A DNA stretch of 64,000 nucleotides from Paecilomyces variotii. Taxonomy: Eukaryota. A model generated the notes under the pieces. It was given only the letters and a program-made list of their open reading frames with translations. It was not told the origin of the DNA and did not search any database. The stretch lies in NCBI GenBank assembly GCA_004022145.1, contig RCNU01000015.1. The stretch is one strand, 5' to 3'. Both the position numbers and the translations under genes were made by a program. Below, in pieces: positions 1 through 12,612 of the stretch (the stretch's first letter is position 1; each line of letters opens with the position of its first letter).

Positions 1-1413
1 AGGACTTGCTGTGAGAGATGGTTCCGGACCCTCGACTGGACGGAAAGACATTGAGATAGATCTGGGATTCCGTCGGGGTCCCTTTCTGAAAAGATTGTGC
101 GACAGAGATGGCTTGAAAGACTTTCTAGAGTCAGAAGAAAACGACCTCTGACCCTGTGTCACGCTTGTATCCACGGTGCCGAAGCTCGAGATTCTCCGAG
201 GACCCAATGGTCCCAGGCTGGATGCAGGACGTTGCGACTGAGGAAAAACGTCGATTGACTGCCGCTCGGGCGAGAAGGTTAGAGGAGCATGAAACGAAAA
301 TGACATTGACCGGGGACTCAATGGATGAGGCATAGGGGGCATCTCAGAAAAGTTCGTTATCGTAGCACTGGTCTCTTCTCCCGGCTTTGGCTCTCCTGCG
401 AGAAACCCCAGCGTCGGAGATTCGATCAGAGCGGTTTCTCGATTCCTGCTCCGGCTTTCGGTTCTGCTGTGACGACGGCCATGCATAGGAGTAGCCCCGC
501 CCATGCTTGATGGACGGCTGCTCGACCGTCTCGCCTGTTTCTGGGAGTTTGTAGACGTCGTATATGATTCGGCAGATAGCGTCGAAGCAAGAGACAACGA
601 GCTGTATCTCTTTTGACTTGTTCTCCTCCCTGGTCTTGTACTGCTTCGTCCACTGCTGCCCCGACTGCTTTTGCTGAGGCCCCGTCTGAGGCGAGCTGCA
701 TTGTCCTCCTTCGTGGGAGACGTGCGGTTCGACGAAGGAGCGATGGAGATCAGGCTTGGTCGCGTCGAAGGAATCATGTACATAACCGGGGTAGCCACGA
801 GCAACGACGAATCGGCATCCTCAACAGAAGACATGCTGTCACGGTTGCTGGACTGATGATACAAGTCCATCTCTGATTCCGGTGCATCTGCAGGAACCAC
901 CACCGCGGTTCCTCTCAGGATCGGAGACGGCATAGGGGAAGTCGTCAAAGGCGTTGCAGGCGACATGACCTCTTCCTCGTCCTTATAAAAGGACCCTGGC
1001 ACGAAGGTCGCAGTACTACTTCGCTTGACAGTCTCCATCGACACCGGCCGTGACTTCTGACCGCTCGATAGAAAGGGCGATAGCATGCTCCTGCGGTTAT
1101 TGCCTGTCTGCCGGGTTTGGACGTCGTCAGAGGCCTGCTCATCCGCGCTCAATTCCGAATCAAAAGCTCCCATATCACTGTCCGCGTCGACGGGCGAGTA
1201 CATGCGACCGTTCCCGTTGGTTTCTGCCTCGGATATTTCCTCCTCTTCTGATTCATACCTTCGCAGCATGGCTGGGGAATTCTCCGCAAGGAAGGTAACA
1301 TCGTGAGCTTGCTTCATGTTCTGTCGGTCGGCGACAAGATTCATGTTTCGATCTGTGCTGTGTAGGCTGAAGCTGCTTTCGCAGCGAGATGTCTGCTCAG
1401 ATGAAGGATGCAT
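1..1413 (-). CDS. Ser/Pro/Arg-rich, probably disordered fungal hypothetical protein; 3' end runs off the left edge (>=471 codons)
   Basis: Manual minus-strand translation from ATG 1413 (MHPSSEQTSRCESSFSLH...RYESEEEEISE...SRPVSMETVKRSS...RPSLISIAPSS...) stays open to base 1. It is missing from the ORF track because no stop lies in the window. An in-frame TAG sits just upstream of the ATG. Confidence 0.8.
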   Translation of the reverse strand, partial: MHPSSEQTSRCESSFSLHSTDRNMNLVADRQNMKQAHDVTFLAENSPAMLRRYESEEEEISEAETNGNGRMYSPVDADSDMGAFDSELSADEQASDDVQTRQTGNNRRSMLSPFLSSGQKSRPVSMETVKRSSTATFVPGSFYKDEEEVMSPATPLTTSPMPSPILRGTAVVVPADAPESEMDLYHQSSNRDSMSSVEDADSSLLVATPVMYMIPSTRPSLISIAPSSNRTSPTKEDNAARLRRGLSKSSRGSSGRSSTRPGRRTSQKRYSSLSLASTLSAESYTTSTNSQKQARRSSSRPSSMGGATPMHGRRHSRTESRSRNRETALIESPTLGFLAGEPKPGEETSATITNFSEMPPMPHPLSPRSMSFSFHAPLTFSPERQSIDVFPQSQRPASSLGPLGPRRISSFGTVDTSVTQGQRSFSSDSRKSFKPSLSHNLFRKGPRRNPRSISMSFRPVEGPEPSLTASP

Positions 1414-4400
1414 AATGATCTATCTCCCCCGCACATCCACAGTACCATGCCCGATGTACGAGTGACAGGAGATATAAAATCGAGAGACCGAGCGTTTATC
1501 AAAGAGAGGCTGGATCCCTTACTTCAGCGTCGGAGGGGAAAGCTCAGTGGGGCCTTGCTGAGCGAAATGTTCGACGCTTGCCTCCTGACAAGGAGTTATG
1601 AAGCCTTTATGGGAGAGGGATATGCACGATCCATGCTTCAGCGCCGCGCAGATATGGAAATGGGGACACTGGCACACGTGGGTTCGTGGACGGAGCGGGC
1701 TCTCAAGGGTCCTGTTCAGTCGCACTACCCCTTGCAACTGGACAGTGGGCATGCAGTTCTTATCAGCATGACACATTTACCAAGACAGAAAAGACTTCAG
1801 AATGTCTCGGATCATCCTTACTTTCTTGAGCTGCCCCTCCCGCAACTCTGAGCTAGCCCGAGAATTCCGGGGTGCAAGCTGCCTTAGGGCGCCGATTTTG
1901 GAGATCGTCTTGGGGGCCATATCTAAGTCTAGCACTATCAGACCAAGATAGAAAAAAACAGACTTGGACAATCGATGTGTCCAGTGCAATCATCTCGCAT
2001 TCACTATTGACCGGGGAGCAGAGGTAGCGTCTGTGAGCGGACACATGGCGGCCAGTAGTCCGTGTAGTCCGTCTGGCGGATGCCTGTGCGGTGCAGCAGA
2101 TGTATCACGACCCGCAGTGGTCCCTCGAGGATTCTCAATCTCTCGTGTCGTAGTTCTGGTCTGTGACAGGAACAGTATGTGTGGTGTTTCAATGGTAGCG
2201 TACGTCAATAAGCTTGCGTTTCGCGATCTCAGGAATCCAGCTAGCGTCGTGGGTCTTCAACGGGAGGCGCAAAGACGGGGGAACGAACATCTGTAGAGCG
2301 TAATAATTAGTTAGCGTCCATCCCAAAGACCCCTGAAAAGGGTCTGGTCGAGGACGCCGTCTCTCTTAGCTTACGGGAGTCTGTTCGCTTGCTCTCAGGA
2401 TTCAGGAACAAGCCAGTTTGAGCGCGCGATCGGTGGGGAGAGACCAGGTCGATCCGAACTTTGAAGCAATGAATATCAGCGCCGGTTGTTGTGACGTGAT
2501 GGAATTAATTACTGGACCCTATAGCAGGCATGGTTAACACTTTCCTCCTCCACTGCTTGGGGAATGAAGGGAGAGCAGATCCTGGCTATCTATCATCCTT
2601 CCCCTTCTTGAAACCGCCGTGAAAAGCTCGTTCATTGCTGGTCTCGGTCCAGCGACTCGGCTGAAGGGGAAGACAACCGAGAGAGACTCGCCTTGCCCAA
2701 GATAGATAACAAACAATGTGCAATGTGCATAGATACTTTTCCTTGGAGTGTATGCAGTGTGGTCAAAGTCCAACCGTGCATGTAGCTCACATGGCCCTAG
2801 CGAAACTGGAAGAGAGCCCTTGCTGCAGCCACGACGATAGACAGGAGAAACGATGCGCCATGGCTGTCTGGATAGCTTCAACGTCGCCCTTCCGTTGCAT
2901 TAGGCCTCGAGTTCGCGTCGACCTTGATGGCGTCTGACAGGTCCTGGTGCATCCTCATCCAGTGATCGCAGCTGTCTGGTAGACTAGAGTAGTTGCTAAC
3001 GTTCTCTTCCCCAGTGCGCTATTTAGTCAACGCGCTCAACGATATCCATACTTGGAAGTGGTACCACCGCTGAAGAACACATAACGAACACACAACCTAA
3101 CTCACCATCTATTGATGAATTGCATACGAACAACATCCACGAGAAAGACAAAGAAACCCCACCAGAGTTGGTTTCTTGATTTGTGCGCAACTTTAAATCG
3201 TCTGGCGCTCCCCTTGCAGCAAAAAGAGCCAAGACCCAAGATACACCATACACTTCACTGCTACAGAAGCTAACAACGCCTCGGACATATTCTGCCTGCA
3301 ATTTGTTATCTAATACACAGAGAAAATTCTCATCAAGTTCGATTTCACAAACAACATCACTTATTCAAAAGAGCATCAAACCAAACACAGAAACTTCACC
3401 CTTCTACGGGTAAATACAATCCTCCAGTCCGAAAAGCTAAAACCAAAAACGTATTTAAACCTCGACCCGACGCAGGGAGTACAACGCCAGGAACAGGAGA
3501 TAATACCGTACCCATGGTTCCGTACCGTGCGCTTTCCTCTCACATACAAGACCAGAAATAGAAATGAAGAAGAAGAAAGACAAGGAACAGAAGAATATGT
3601 AGACTCGATTCGTCATCCGAAGCGGGGAACAGAGATACTCATGTCTCAGTTCTTGTCTGGACGGAATTTTTTCTAAATAATCCACGTGTTAATCAATAGA
3701 GAAATATTCCGAAATCGATAATAATAATAGTAAAACATGACGCGAGTGAGACAATGACACAAGGGGACGTGATGATATTTTAAACAAATAATATTTATAT
3801 TATATATGTCCCTTCTTCCCCCGCATCCGCCCTAGATATACTATATCCATCCCTCGGACACACCCGCGGAGAATGTGATCTTCTATCGTCAGAGTAAGAC
3901 TCCTACCTACCTTACTCTCCCTGTCCACATTCCTAATCCTTACCATACACATATGTAATTATGTACATACATAGGAGGCACTGCACACCACCAGCCCTAC
4001 CCCTCTATCCCTCTATCCCTCTTTTCCCTTCCTTCCTTCCAGTAGATACTCGTATGGGATGACCCAAAATGGTAACACCTAGATGTGGAAATATCCACAA
4101 GATAAGAGATAATTTTAGATAATAATAATGATAGTATACTGAATAATCAACTCTAACTGATTAATTCATCACATAGTTAGTTATTTAGTCACTCCCCCTT
4201 CGTTCTGTAGAATACTCTGTTCGGCCCGTATCTAAATTCTCAATAGAGTCGAGCGCATGTTAATTATATTTATCTGGTTATGGTTATTTCAGCCAGTGCT
4301 CAAGTCAACTACAAGGCAATTTATTTACTTCATTCATCAAAACAAAAATAACATAAAATCGATTTCTCCCATTTCACTTCGTAAAATGGTATTGGCATTC

Positions 4401-4701
4401 ATTGGTATTCATAACTATATACTGAGATTCATCTCACTAACCAACCAACCAAACAAGAATCAAGAATCAAGAATCAAATCAAGAATCGCTCAACACCATG
4501 CCGGGGACCTTCCTCGTTATTCTGCTCCAAAAAAAAAAAAAAAAATGGAAGAGCAGCTACTGCCATATGTATGTGATGTGGTCTAAATGTATAGAACATG
4601 AATCCAAAATGTGAAACAATCCAAAGTGATATCTCATCTCAATCTCTCAATTCCAAACATAAACAAAAAAACGAACAGTCTCTCTTTCCCTCTCTATCCC
4701 T

Positions 4702-7162
4702 TCATAGAGACGAGAACATGACGGCAACGACGAAAAGGAGGGACGTGAAAATATGTAATGACGACGGGGTGCCGTTGGTATTGGAGCCGTTGGTTTTCTT
4801 GGAGCTACTCGCGCTGGCGGTGCTGTTGGCGGTCTTGGTTGCGTTGGTGGATGAGCTGAGCAGCGGCGCGGTTGCAGTCGACGGGTTGTAGAATTTGCTG
4901 ATGATCTCGGCTGCGAGTTCAGCGACTCCGTATGTCGACGCCATCAGATGCGTAGAGAGGGCCGTTGGGGGCACACTGGAGTCGGCGACGCGGACGTTGG
5001 CGAGACCGTAGACGCGAAGGTTGGCGTCGACGACACCGCCCTGGTCGCGAGGCAGCATGGCGCAGGACGACGAGGGGTGGAACTCGGTGCCGGCTGCTTC
5101 CCGAATCCATTGGAGCAAGTCATCGTCGCTCTGGACAGCTGCACCGGGGGATGTTTCGTTGGTGAGGGTGCTCTTCAACGGGTCGGCCTCGCCAACGAGG
5201 CGGGCAAGTTTGACACCGTGGAGCAGAATATCCCAATCTAAGGCATGTTATCAGTCTTGGAAGACCTTTTCGTCTGTCTTTTGGGGAGTGTTTCTTAGCA
5301 CGTACCGGAAGGGTTAGCGAAATAGTTCGGGTCAATGATAGGATAGTCCATCGGGTTCGAGGAGTTGATGTAGATCCGGCCGTGGCTGTACGGGTGCTGG
5401 AGCGCAGCGGTGATACCAATGTCACCGTTAGCATCACTGTTCATGAACAGGATCTCGACCTGACCGATCGGGCTGGTGAAGATCTTGGTGGCCGTCGAGT
5501 TGTAAATCGCCTTGTAACCCGCAACGACGCCCTGGTCGTAAGTCGTGTTCGGCGCGTACTGGTCCATCGCAGCCAGGATGCTCTGCTGCGTACTGGAAAC
5601 GTTGGTGCCGTAGAGCCCGGTGGAGTTCACATAGGCAACGCCATCATCGATGTACGAGAGGTAGAGAGTATCATTCTGGAAAATAATAGTTAGAACGCGA
5701 GCAGAGGTTTATATGAGGTATATCTTGAGACCAACCTTCTGGCTGCCATTATCGTAGTAAATGGAACCCGATGTCTCTTGGTTGGTATCCCACGTCACGG
5801 TAACGCTCTAATTCAACGCCAGTCAGTTGTATGCTCTCAATTTCTTCAGACATGAGAATCACTCACAAAATGATCCTGCAGGTGCTGACCGACCCCGGGC
5901 AGCTCTGACAGCAGATCAACACCCGCTGAAGACAGAACATCCTTGGGACCAACTCCACTATGCATCAGAATAGCAGGGCTGCCGACAGCACCAGCGCTCA
6001 GGATGACTTCCTTGTTCACCTTGACGGTCTTGGTGGTGTTTCCGCCATCTGGCGTGTACTCCACCCCGGTGGCGGTCAAGTTGTTCTTGTTGGAAGTGTC
6101 GAAAATCAAGCGAGTCACCTGCGCATTAGCCAGCACGTCGTAGTTACCCAAGTCTGGCAGCGGGTCGAGATATCCGGTACGGCTGTAAGAACGCGTCCAG
6201 TTTGTCGGGTTGATGGTTGAGGTTGACACGCCGGCGCCCCATGGTTCACCGTTGTACATCTGGTTTGAGATGGCAACGCCAACGTTCGCCAGAGACTGCA
6301 CCCATTGGCCCACCTGTTCGAACATGCTGAAATGATCGTTAGCTTCTGACCAGGAAAATAGATAACTAGATCGTAGCGACCAGTAATTGGGGCTGCTTAC
6401 TAGCCAGGGTAGCTCGCGTGAATCGGGCCCTGGGTGCCATGATCAGAAGCATCCCATTCGATATCTCCCGTCTTCGCGACATCGCTAGAAGGGGCCGTGA
6501 AGTTCTCGCTCTTCTTCATCGCAGCGAAGAAGGAGTCCCATTCCCAATTCTCCGCGCCGTCCATATCTCCCAGCAGATCTCTCCAGGCATTGATCTCGAT
6601 CTCACCGGGCCGGGTCAGATACAATCCGTTGATCGCGGAACTGCCTGCATTGCGATCGCGTTAACTTTTCTCTTCCTCCCTTATCATTCATTCTTCTGAG
6701 AGAACCCAATCGCAGACATACCTCCGAGCACCTTACCCCGGGGCCATTCGATCTCGCGGTCCGCCGCATTAGGTTGCGGAACAGTGTAGTAAGCCCAGTT
6801 CAGCGGGGTCGTCCATAGAGAATCAAAGTAGGAATATGCGGGGGTATCTTTTAATTTTTGGTTTTCTGGTCAGTGATTTGTCCGAGCAGCCAGTTTGAAA
6901 CCGCAGAGGAATGCCCCAACTCACCTATCCGCTCCCGATAAGCATCTCCATTTCCACCCGCTTCAAGCACCAAGACCGTATGGTTCTTCAAGGCCTGTGA
7001 CAGACGACCGCCGATAACGAGACCCGCTTGGCCTCCGCCGACAATGACAAAGTCATAGGAATCGGCGATTTCGGTGCGCGGTGCCAGCGCATTCACGAAC
7101 GGAAGATGAGCGATGGCCAGGCCGACGCTCACGACCTGGGCGGCAGAGAAGCCGGGTCGCAT
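4702..7162 (-). CDS. Secreted GMC (AA3_2-like) FAD oxidoreductase with Ser/Thr linker and probable GPI-anchor signal; multi-exon
   Basis: Signal peptide MRPGFSAAQVVSVGLAIAHLPFVNA; FAD-binding YDFVIVGGGQAGLVIGGRL; WPRGKVLGGSSAING split by an intron; EVILSAGAVGSPAILMHSGVG; GVGQHLQDH; C-terminal FHP and STH histidines; GGVVDANLRVYGLANVRVADSS; Ser/Thr-rich stretch then hydrophobic tail SLLFVVAVMFSSL. Confidence 0.93.
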
Positions 7163-10100
7163 GATACGCTGGGACAGCAGAGATCTTGTCTGGCAACTTA
7201 TTTTATAATAATTGTGGCATGCGATGGGCAAGGTGAGCGCATGTAAAATCGACAGGGCAAAAATGAGCGTCGATCATTCAAGTAACAACAACAACAACAA
7301 CAAGCAAGAGAAACGAGAGAGATCAGATTCTGGCAAGTCAGTCGCAGCACAATAGAAACGACCGAAGGGAAAAAACCACAGCCAAGAGAGCACCGTCCCT
7401 AGATTGCAAGGAGACTTCAGAGGAATTTGAATCTACTTAGCAGTGCAGTACTAGAAAACTGACTGACAGACTGAGAAAGCGAGTGGATTAACTATATGAA
7501 CTTAGATCGTGTTTATCCAAACAAAACGCTGGCACCCCTGACCCAGTGTCTGGTACGGTTAATAACGTGGATAACGCCCAAAGCTTGTCGCTCGCCGGAC
7601 GCGTGTGTGTTGGCCTATCTGGATTATCCTGGTCCTGGTGGCTCAAAAGCCCCAGCCTGGTCCAACCACCGGGTTGTAGATGCGCCATCTCGCGACATCC
7701 ATTATACGGGCCCCCTTCCGCCTCCTGCAATGCAGCAAGCCACTGGAGTTTCTTCTGAGACTGTATTTGAATATTAAAAAAATATATTGAATTCTTATAT
7801 CCTATATATCCTATTCTTATCCTATCCCTTCCCTCTACTTGGCCCCTTGTATGTACAAGTACCATATTTATTTGCCATATATAATAAAGCTGCACCGCAA
7901 GGGCGGCTGAGATCTTGGAAAGGGCCGCAGACTAAGATGCAATCCATACCCCATGCTGATTGGGGCGTCTCCCAGCCGTCCCGCCCTTGATGTCCAGCGC
8001 ATCCACGCAACACCTTTTGGATCGTCCCTTTCCAGACACCAAATGAAATCATTTTTCTGGGACCAGCACCGTTGGGCCCCGTGCCTGACAAGGTGTCCCG
8101 AGCCGACCCATTCTGCCGTCTCTATCACATCAGGGAAATATATTATTAGAAACGAAAGAGGCGAAAAAAAAGAGAAAAAGAAATCTTCACTGAGGAAAAA
8201 AGCGAAGAAAACACTCGAAAATAATATCCCTGCCCAATATTGAGAGAAAAAAAGGTCAAAGCGTCGAATACGCAAGTTTATCTACCCCGCAGGGCACAGA
8301 TCGCATGGCCTCACTTTAATTGTAGAGTATCATATCTACAGAGTACTAGACTAGTCTACTAAGTCTATCTAGTGCCCCTTGTAGCGCAGTTTTTTTTTGT
8401 GCGTTGGCTTTTCGGGAAGGGCATGTGGCACAGGGCTGAGGTACCTAATATTATTTTCATCCTGGTTCCGATCTAATCAGAACTACCATAGTTCACCACT
8501 TCTAAGCGAAAAGACGGTCCATGGAGAGACTCAACATCTAATATTAAATAATTAATAATAATTAAATTATTGGAACACTTGTTATACACTGAGGAAGCAA
8601 AGCAATAATAATAACTTTACCCTGCAATGGTACATCCATACTTACTCTACAATTACATACTGCCAGTGAATAATGTATTCCAACTTCCCACTTCTTCCCA
8701 CTGTCCTACCCACCCACTCACGAGTCACTAGTATTCTACTATTACTCAACTAAGCGAATCCAGTCCGCCAATCTGTACGTCGTTCATGTCACCGCTCCAG
8801 ATAGATCAGGCCCGTCCCCGTCCAACAGGTTTCGGTCGGAGGGAGGGTGATCGACATCCTGCAGTGGCATACTTACCACACCGCTCCCGCCAATCCAGTT
8901 CGTAATCGCGCCGGACTCAGTGCACAGCTGCCACAGCAAAGTCTTGGAAGTTGGGAAAGCGAACTAGATAGGTAGATAGTTAGATCCTAGACGTCTAGAG
9001 TATTATTAGTCCGACTTCTATGCCGCAGGGATGCACGAGGACTACGCATGCTGGGCTCATTATTGCCCAGGCAACGAACGAGTCGAGTCGTCTTTGATAG
9101 AAGTAGATAGATAGGCAGTGTTTCGATTTGACCATGACGCAACCTCAGCGATCTCCTAACCGAGGCATCAGAATATAATAATCACCCATGATCGCTAACG
9201 GGTGAGCCTCTTTTAGTATCCGACTCTAAGGTATATAGTACACAACGATCCGCAGCCGTGACGACTCGTCGAGGAACGATTTATTATTCCAGGGGGAGCG
9301 GTGAGATGATCGTACTTGGCCAGCTGAATTCTTACGGTCTTGCTCCGGACAGATCAATGCGTCCGAAATTGTCCTTCCCATGCTGTTCCATAGGAGATGC
9401 CTTTTCCCGTTACTGTTATACATTCGTGATGTTGACCGTAGCAGAGAAAAGAAAAGAAGCTGCATCGGATGCAATTCCAAGAAATAGCCAAGCACGTCAG
9501 GATGCAGGAACACCTTGGCATCTCATCGGCAGGATCAGCTCCATGCTGGATCCTCCAGTGGAACCGGTGGGTTTGCAATCGAACGTCAGCCTCGATAATC
9601 TTACGCAATGAGAATATCCGTCGGCTAGAATAGTCAATGTGTCACGGAGATCCCGTCCGACTAGAACACTTCTGAAATTGATAGACACGAGCTGCAAATT
9701 AGTATCCAGGAACATGGGTCACCGATTAATTGTAACTACGTAGTACGGTGTAAATCTGAACACAGAGAGCGTGGTCTAGAGGTGAACATCACGTGCGTAT
9801 TCATAGTCCTTGATACTTAAAAAGATTTCGTAGCAACCGAGCAATAAACTATTCACTAGCTAAATACCATAATCCCCAGGGTCGATTACTAGTCATGTCC
9901 CAGTTCCTCAATGGATGTATGCCATGCTGCGCCTGCGGAAACAGACCAAGGAGACACACATCTAGTACGTCGCTGGATCAGATGATTTCAATATAAGCAC
10001 TTCTTCGGCACAACTGCAGCCATGGGAGGGCTGAATCGCAATTTGACATCCGTGCTAGCATGGGAACAGGGAAACAGCAACACCGCTAGTGAGTCATTAG

Positions 10101-10592
10101 CACTGTATTATATTCATGATTATGCATTTATGGCGATAGGAAGAAAATCAAATCAGTTAACACAACAAACCGGCATCAACGTGCCGGAAGAAGAGAAATC
10201 TCGGAGCTCGAACCCTTGAAAGAAACGCATTACGGGTCCGGTAAAAGCTCTCGCGCCATACCATGAGCAAGACGTCACTCTCATACTTTCTAACGGGGCT
10301 CTATCGGCTCCTCGATTCCGCGAAGCGCCCGCCCAGCATGCAACCGAGGCCAACCACAACAGCAACCGGTGCCTTCGATTCGAACAATGTCATGTATTAA
10401 AACAGTTATGTCACTTTACCTGACCAAGTAGAAATGTATATTTTGTTCATCTCTCCTGTCGCATCATCGCCGGCTCGTCTCGTGACCCAGGATGGTCAGC
10501 GATGTTCGTCATCCAAACAATATAGAGAGTAGCCTGCAGGCAGAAGACTACCAGCGTTTCCAGCGGTCTATCTTGTAGACACCACTGCGGGC

Positions 10593-11753
10593 TTATGCCT
10601 TCCTCGAGCGGGTCACGGGACCGTTCTGACGCGCCGAAGTGGTAGCCTGGCCGTTGGAGTTTGCAGCGCCGTTGGCACGCTGGCTGGGGACGGAGGGGAC
10701 CTCCAGGTCCTTCATGTCGATCAGGGCCTTCTTGCCCGTGTTGCGGCGAGGTCTGCCGCTCTTTCCGGTCTTCTTGTAGGTGGCGAAGTAGAAGGAGATG
10801 AAGAGGAGGAGATAGGAGCTCAGGATTGCCATACCAGCAAAGGCGGCGAATTCCTCTCCAGCACACTTTCCACAGTTGGGAAGCCATGGGAAGTATGTGG
10901 AGGAGAAATAGGTGTAGGAAGCGAAATAGACAAAGCCTATCAGATAACTTGATTAGCAAGGAGCTCTTCCGCGTTATACGCCTTGGGCACGAACCGAGGT
11001 CAATGATGAACTGGACGATCTGGAAGATGGTGATGTAGCGCTTCCACCAGATACGGACTCCACGAGCGCTCTGGAAGTAGTACCAGTACATGAGAACATG
11101 CACAGCCAGGTTCAGGGTGATGGGAACCCAGGAGACAGCAGTCAGACCGATCAATTGGGTGTAGCACAGCAGGGCGGTAGCGCCATGGTGGTAGGTGTGG
11201 AGGAAGGTCAATGGCTTCTTCTTGAGGAACAAGAAGACCGTGTCAAGCAATTCCAGATACTTGGTCAAGTACGTGAGCTACACGACGTTAGCTTTCCCAA
11301 TTCGTCACTTTGCAATGGCCGGATTAGCCAACAGTCTGTCCTTACATAGTACAAAACAACCAGCTCTTGGGTCCAGCCACCCTCGTGGTTACAGATGGCA
11401 AAGAAAATACCATGTCTCCAGATAGTGGGCAGGAGCTGCTCAACATATAGAGCCAGCAAGATGGCGCTGATCACCGTTAGGACGAAGTTGTGAATCATAA
11501 ACAGGCCGTTGAGCTTCTGGGGCGCGAAGTTCTTCATAACCTCCCGACCACCAAAAATGATAATATAGTACGAGACCAGTGAGATGGCTGTCTCCTTCAA
11601 TGTTGACATTGGCGTCACACCCTCCACAAATCGAAAGTCATGTGCGGGATAGCCAACGACGGCTTCGAAAGCCTTGTCGAAGATGGGCCATAGCTCGATG
11701 CCAAACGGGCGATCGATGGTAGGAAGAGGGAGGTTCTTCAGCGCGTCGGCCAT
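10593..11753 (-). CDS. GNS1/SUR4-family very-long-chain fatty acid elongase (ELO2/FEN1-like), 3 coding exons
   Basis: Exons about 11753-11346, 11277-10995 and 10936-10593 with GT..AG introns; motifs [34 protein letters not shown] and TIFQIVQF; basic C-terminus RSRKA. Confidence 0.95.
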
Positions 11754-12612
11754 GATGAATGACTCTATTTAGATATAAGATGCCAGATTCTCAGTCTTGT
11801 AGGACTTCCCTGGCGAGCGGTAGCACCGGATGTTGAGACGCTGAGAGACGTGTTATTTATTTGGTTGGGAAAGACCCGCTGCACCACAGGGTGGAAGATA
11901 ATGACCGCACCGTACCGGGTCTGGGGAGACCACGGCAATGAAGGAATGACGGAGAGGAGGGAAGGAGATAAAGAACTGAGAGAAGAAGATGGGATCCCGA
12001 TGCGACGACCGAGAAAAGGAAGGGGGAGAGGAAGATGTTGAGATTTGACGCCGTAAAAAGACACTGCGCGACTGGCCGACGCTTTTCTTTGGCTCTTCCT
12101 GGCAGCCCGAGGCCCGCCGCGTCCGAACTAATTCGGGTTAGCGTCGGCTCGTCTGTTGGTGAAAAGGGGTTCGGCTGTAAGTATTATTCTGAAGTATCTT
12201 CAGGTACTTTTATGCGCGAAATCTGCGGGAAGAGTACTTTGTAGTACAATAAAATACTCCCACTTCAACCTCTGGCATGTGACGTCCCATTCGTGTCCGG
12301 CAAGTACGGGAGAGGCACGACTGCAGCTCTTAGCAACGAACCACTGAAATGAACATGTCTGGAACAATTGAACTGGATGAACATGATTTCTGTTGTTGAG
12401 AGCAAGCATGGCTTTGCACGGTCACAATTTGTAGTCTATCTAAGTTAGTTCATCTAGTTTATCTAAACATCGAGTCTCATCATCCGTGACTCCCTACCGC
12501 TGCGAATGTCAGGCGGCCAGCAAAATCGCCATTGGCAGAAAATCCAGCAGACGCCATGAGAAAAAACGAAACAGTTCATAGCGAAGTCATGGTCAATTAA
12601 ACTTCAATTTAA

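Noticed and set aside
1408..1851. 147-aa plus-strand ORF head-to-head with the Ser-rich gene
   Set aside because: No recognisable motif; it overlaps the start and putative spliced leader of the minus-strand gene.
2780..3050. Minus-strand frame with several TAA/TAG stops that could be RIP-mutated CAA/CAG
   Set aside because: The restored peptide resembles nothing I recognise, and the region lacks the TpA-rich, AT-rich character of RIP-mutated repeats.
8869..8885. ATACTTACC resembling the 5' end of U1 snRNA
   Set aside because: Continues ACACC rather than TGG; no U1 stem-loops or Sm site seen.
9189..9715. Overlapping 70-117 aa ORFs with some splice-like signals between the GMC and ELO genes
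   Set aside because: No consistent spliced frame or family motif could be built.
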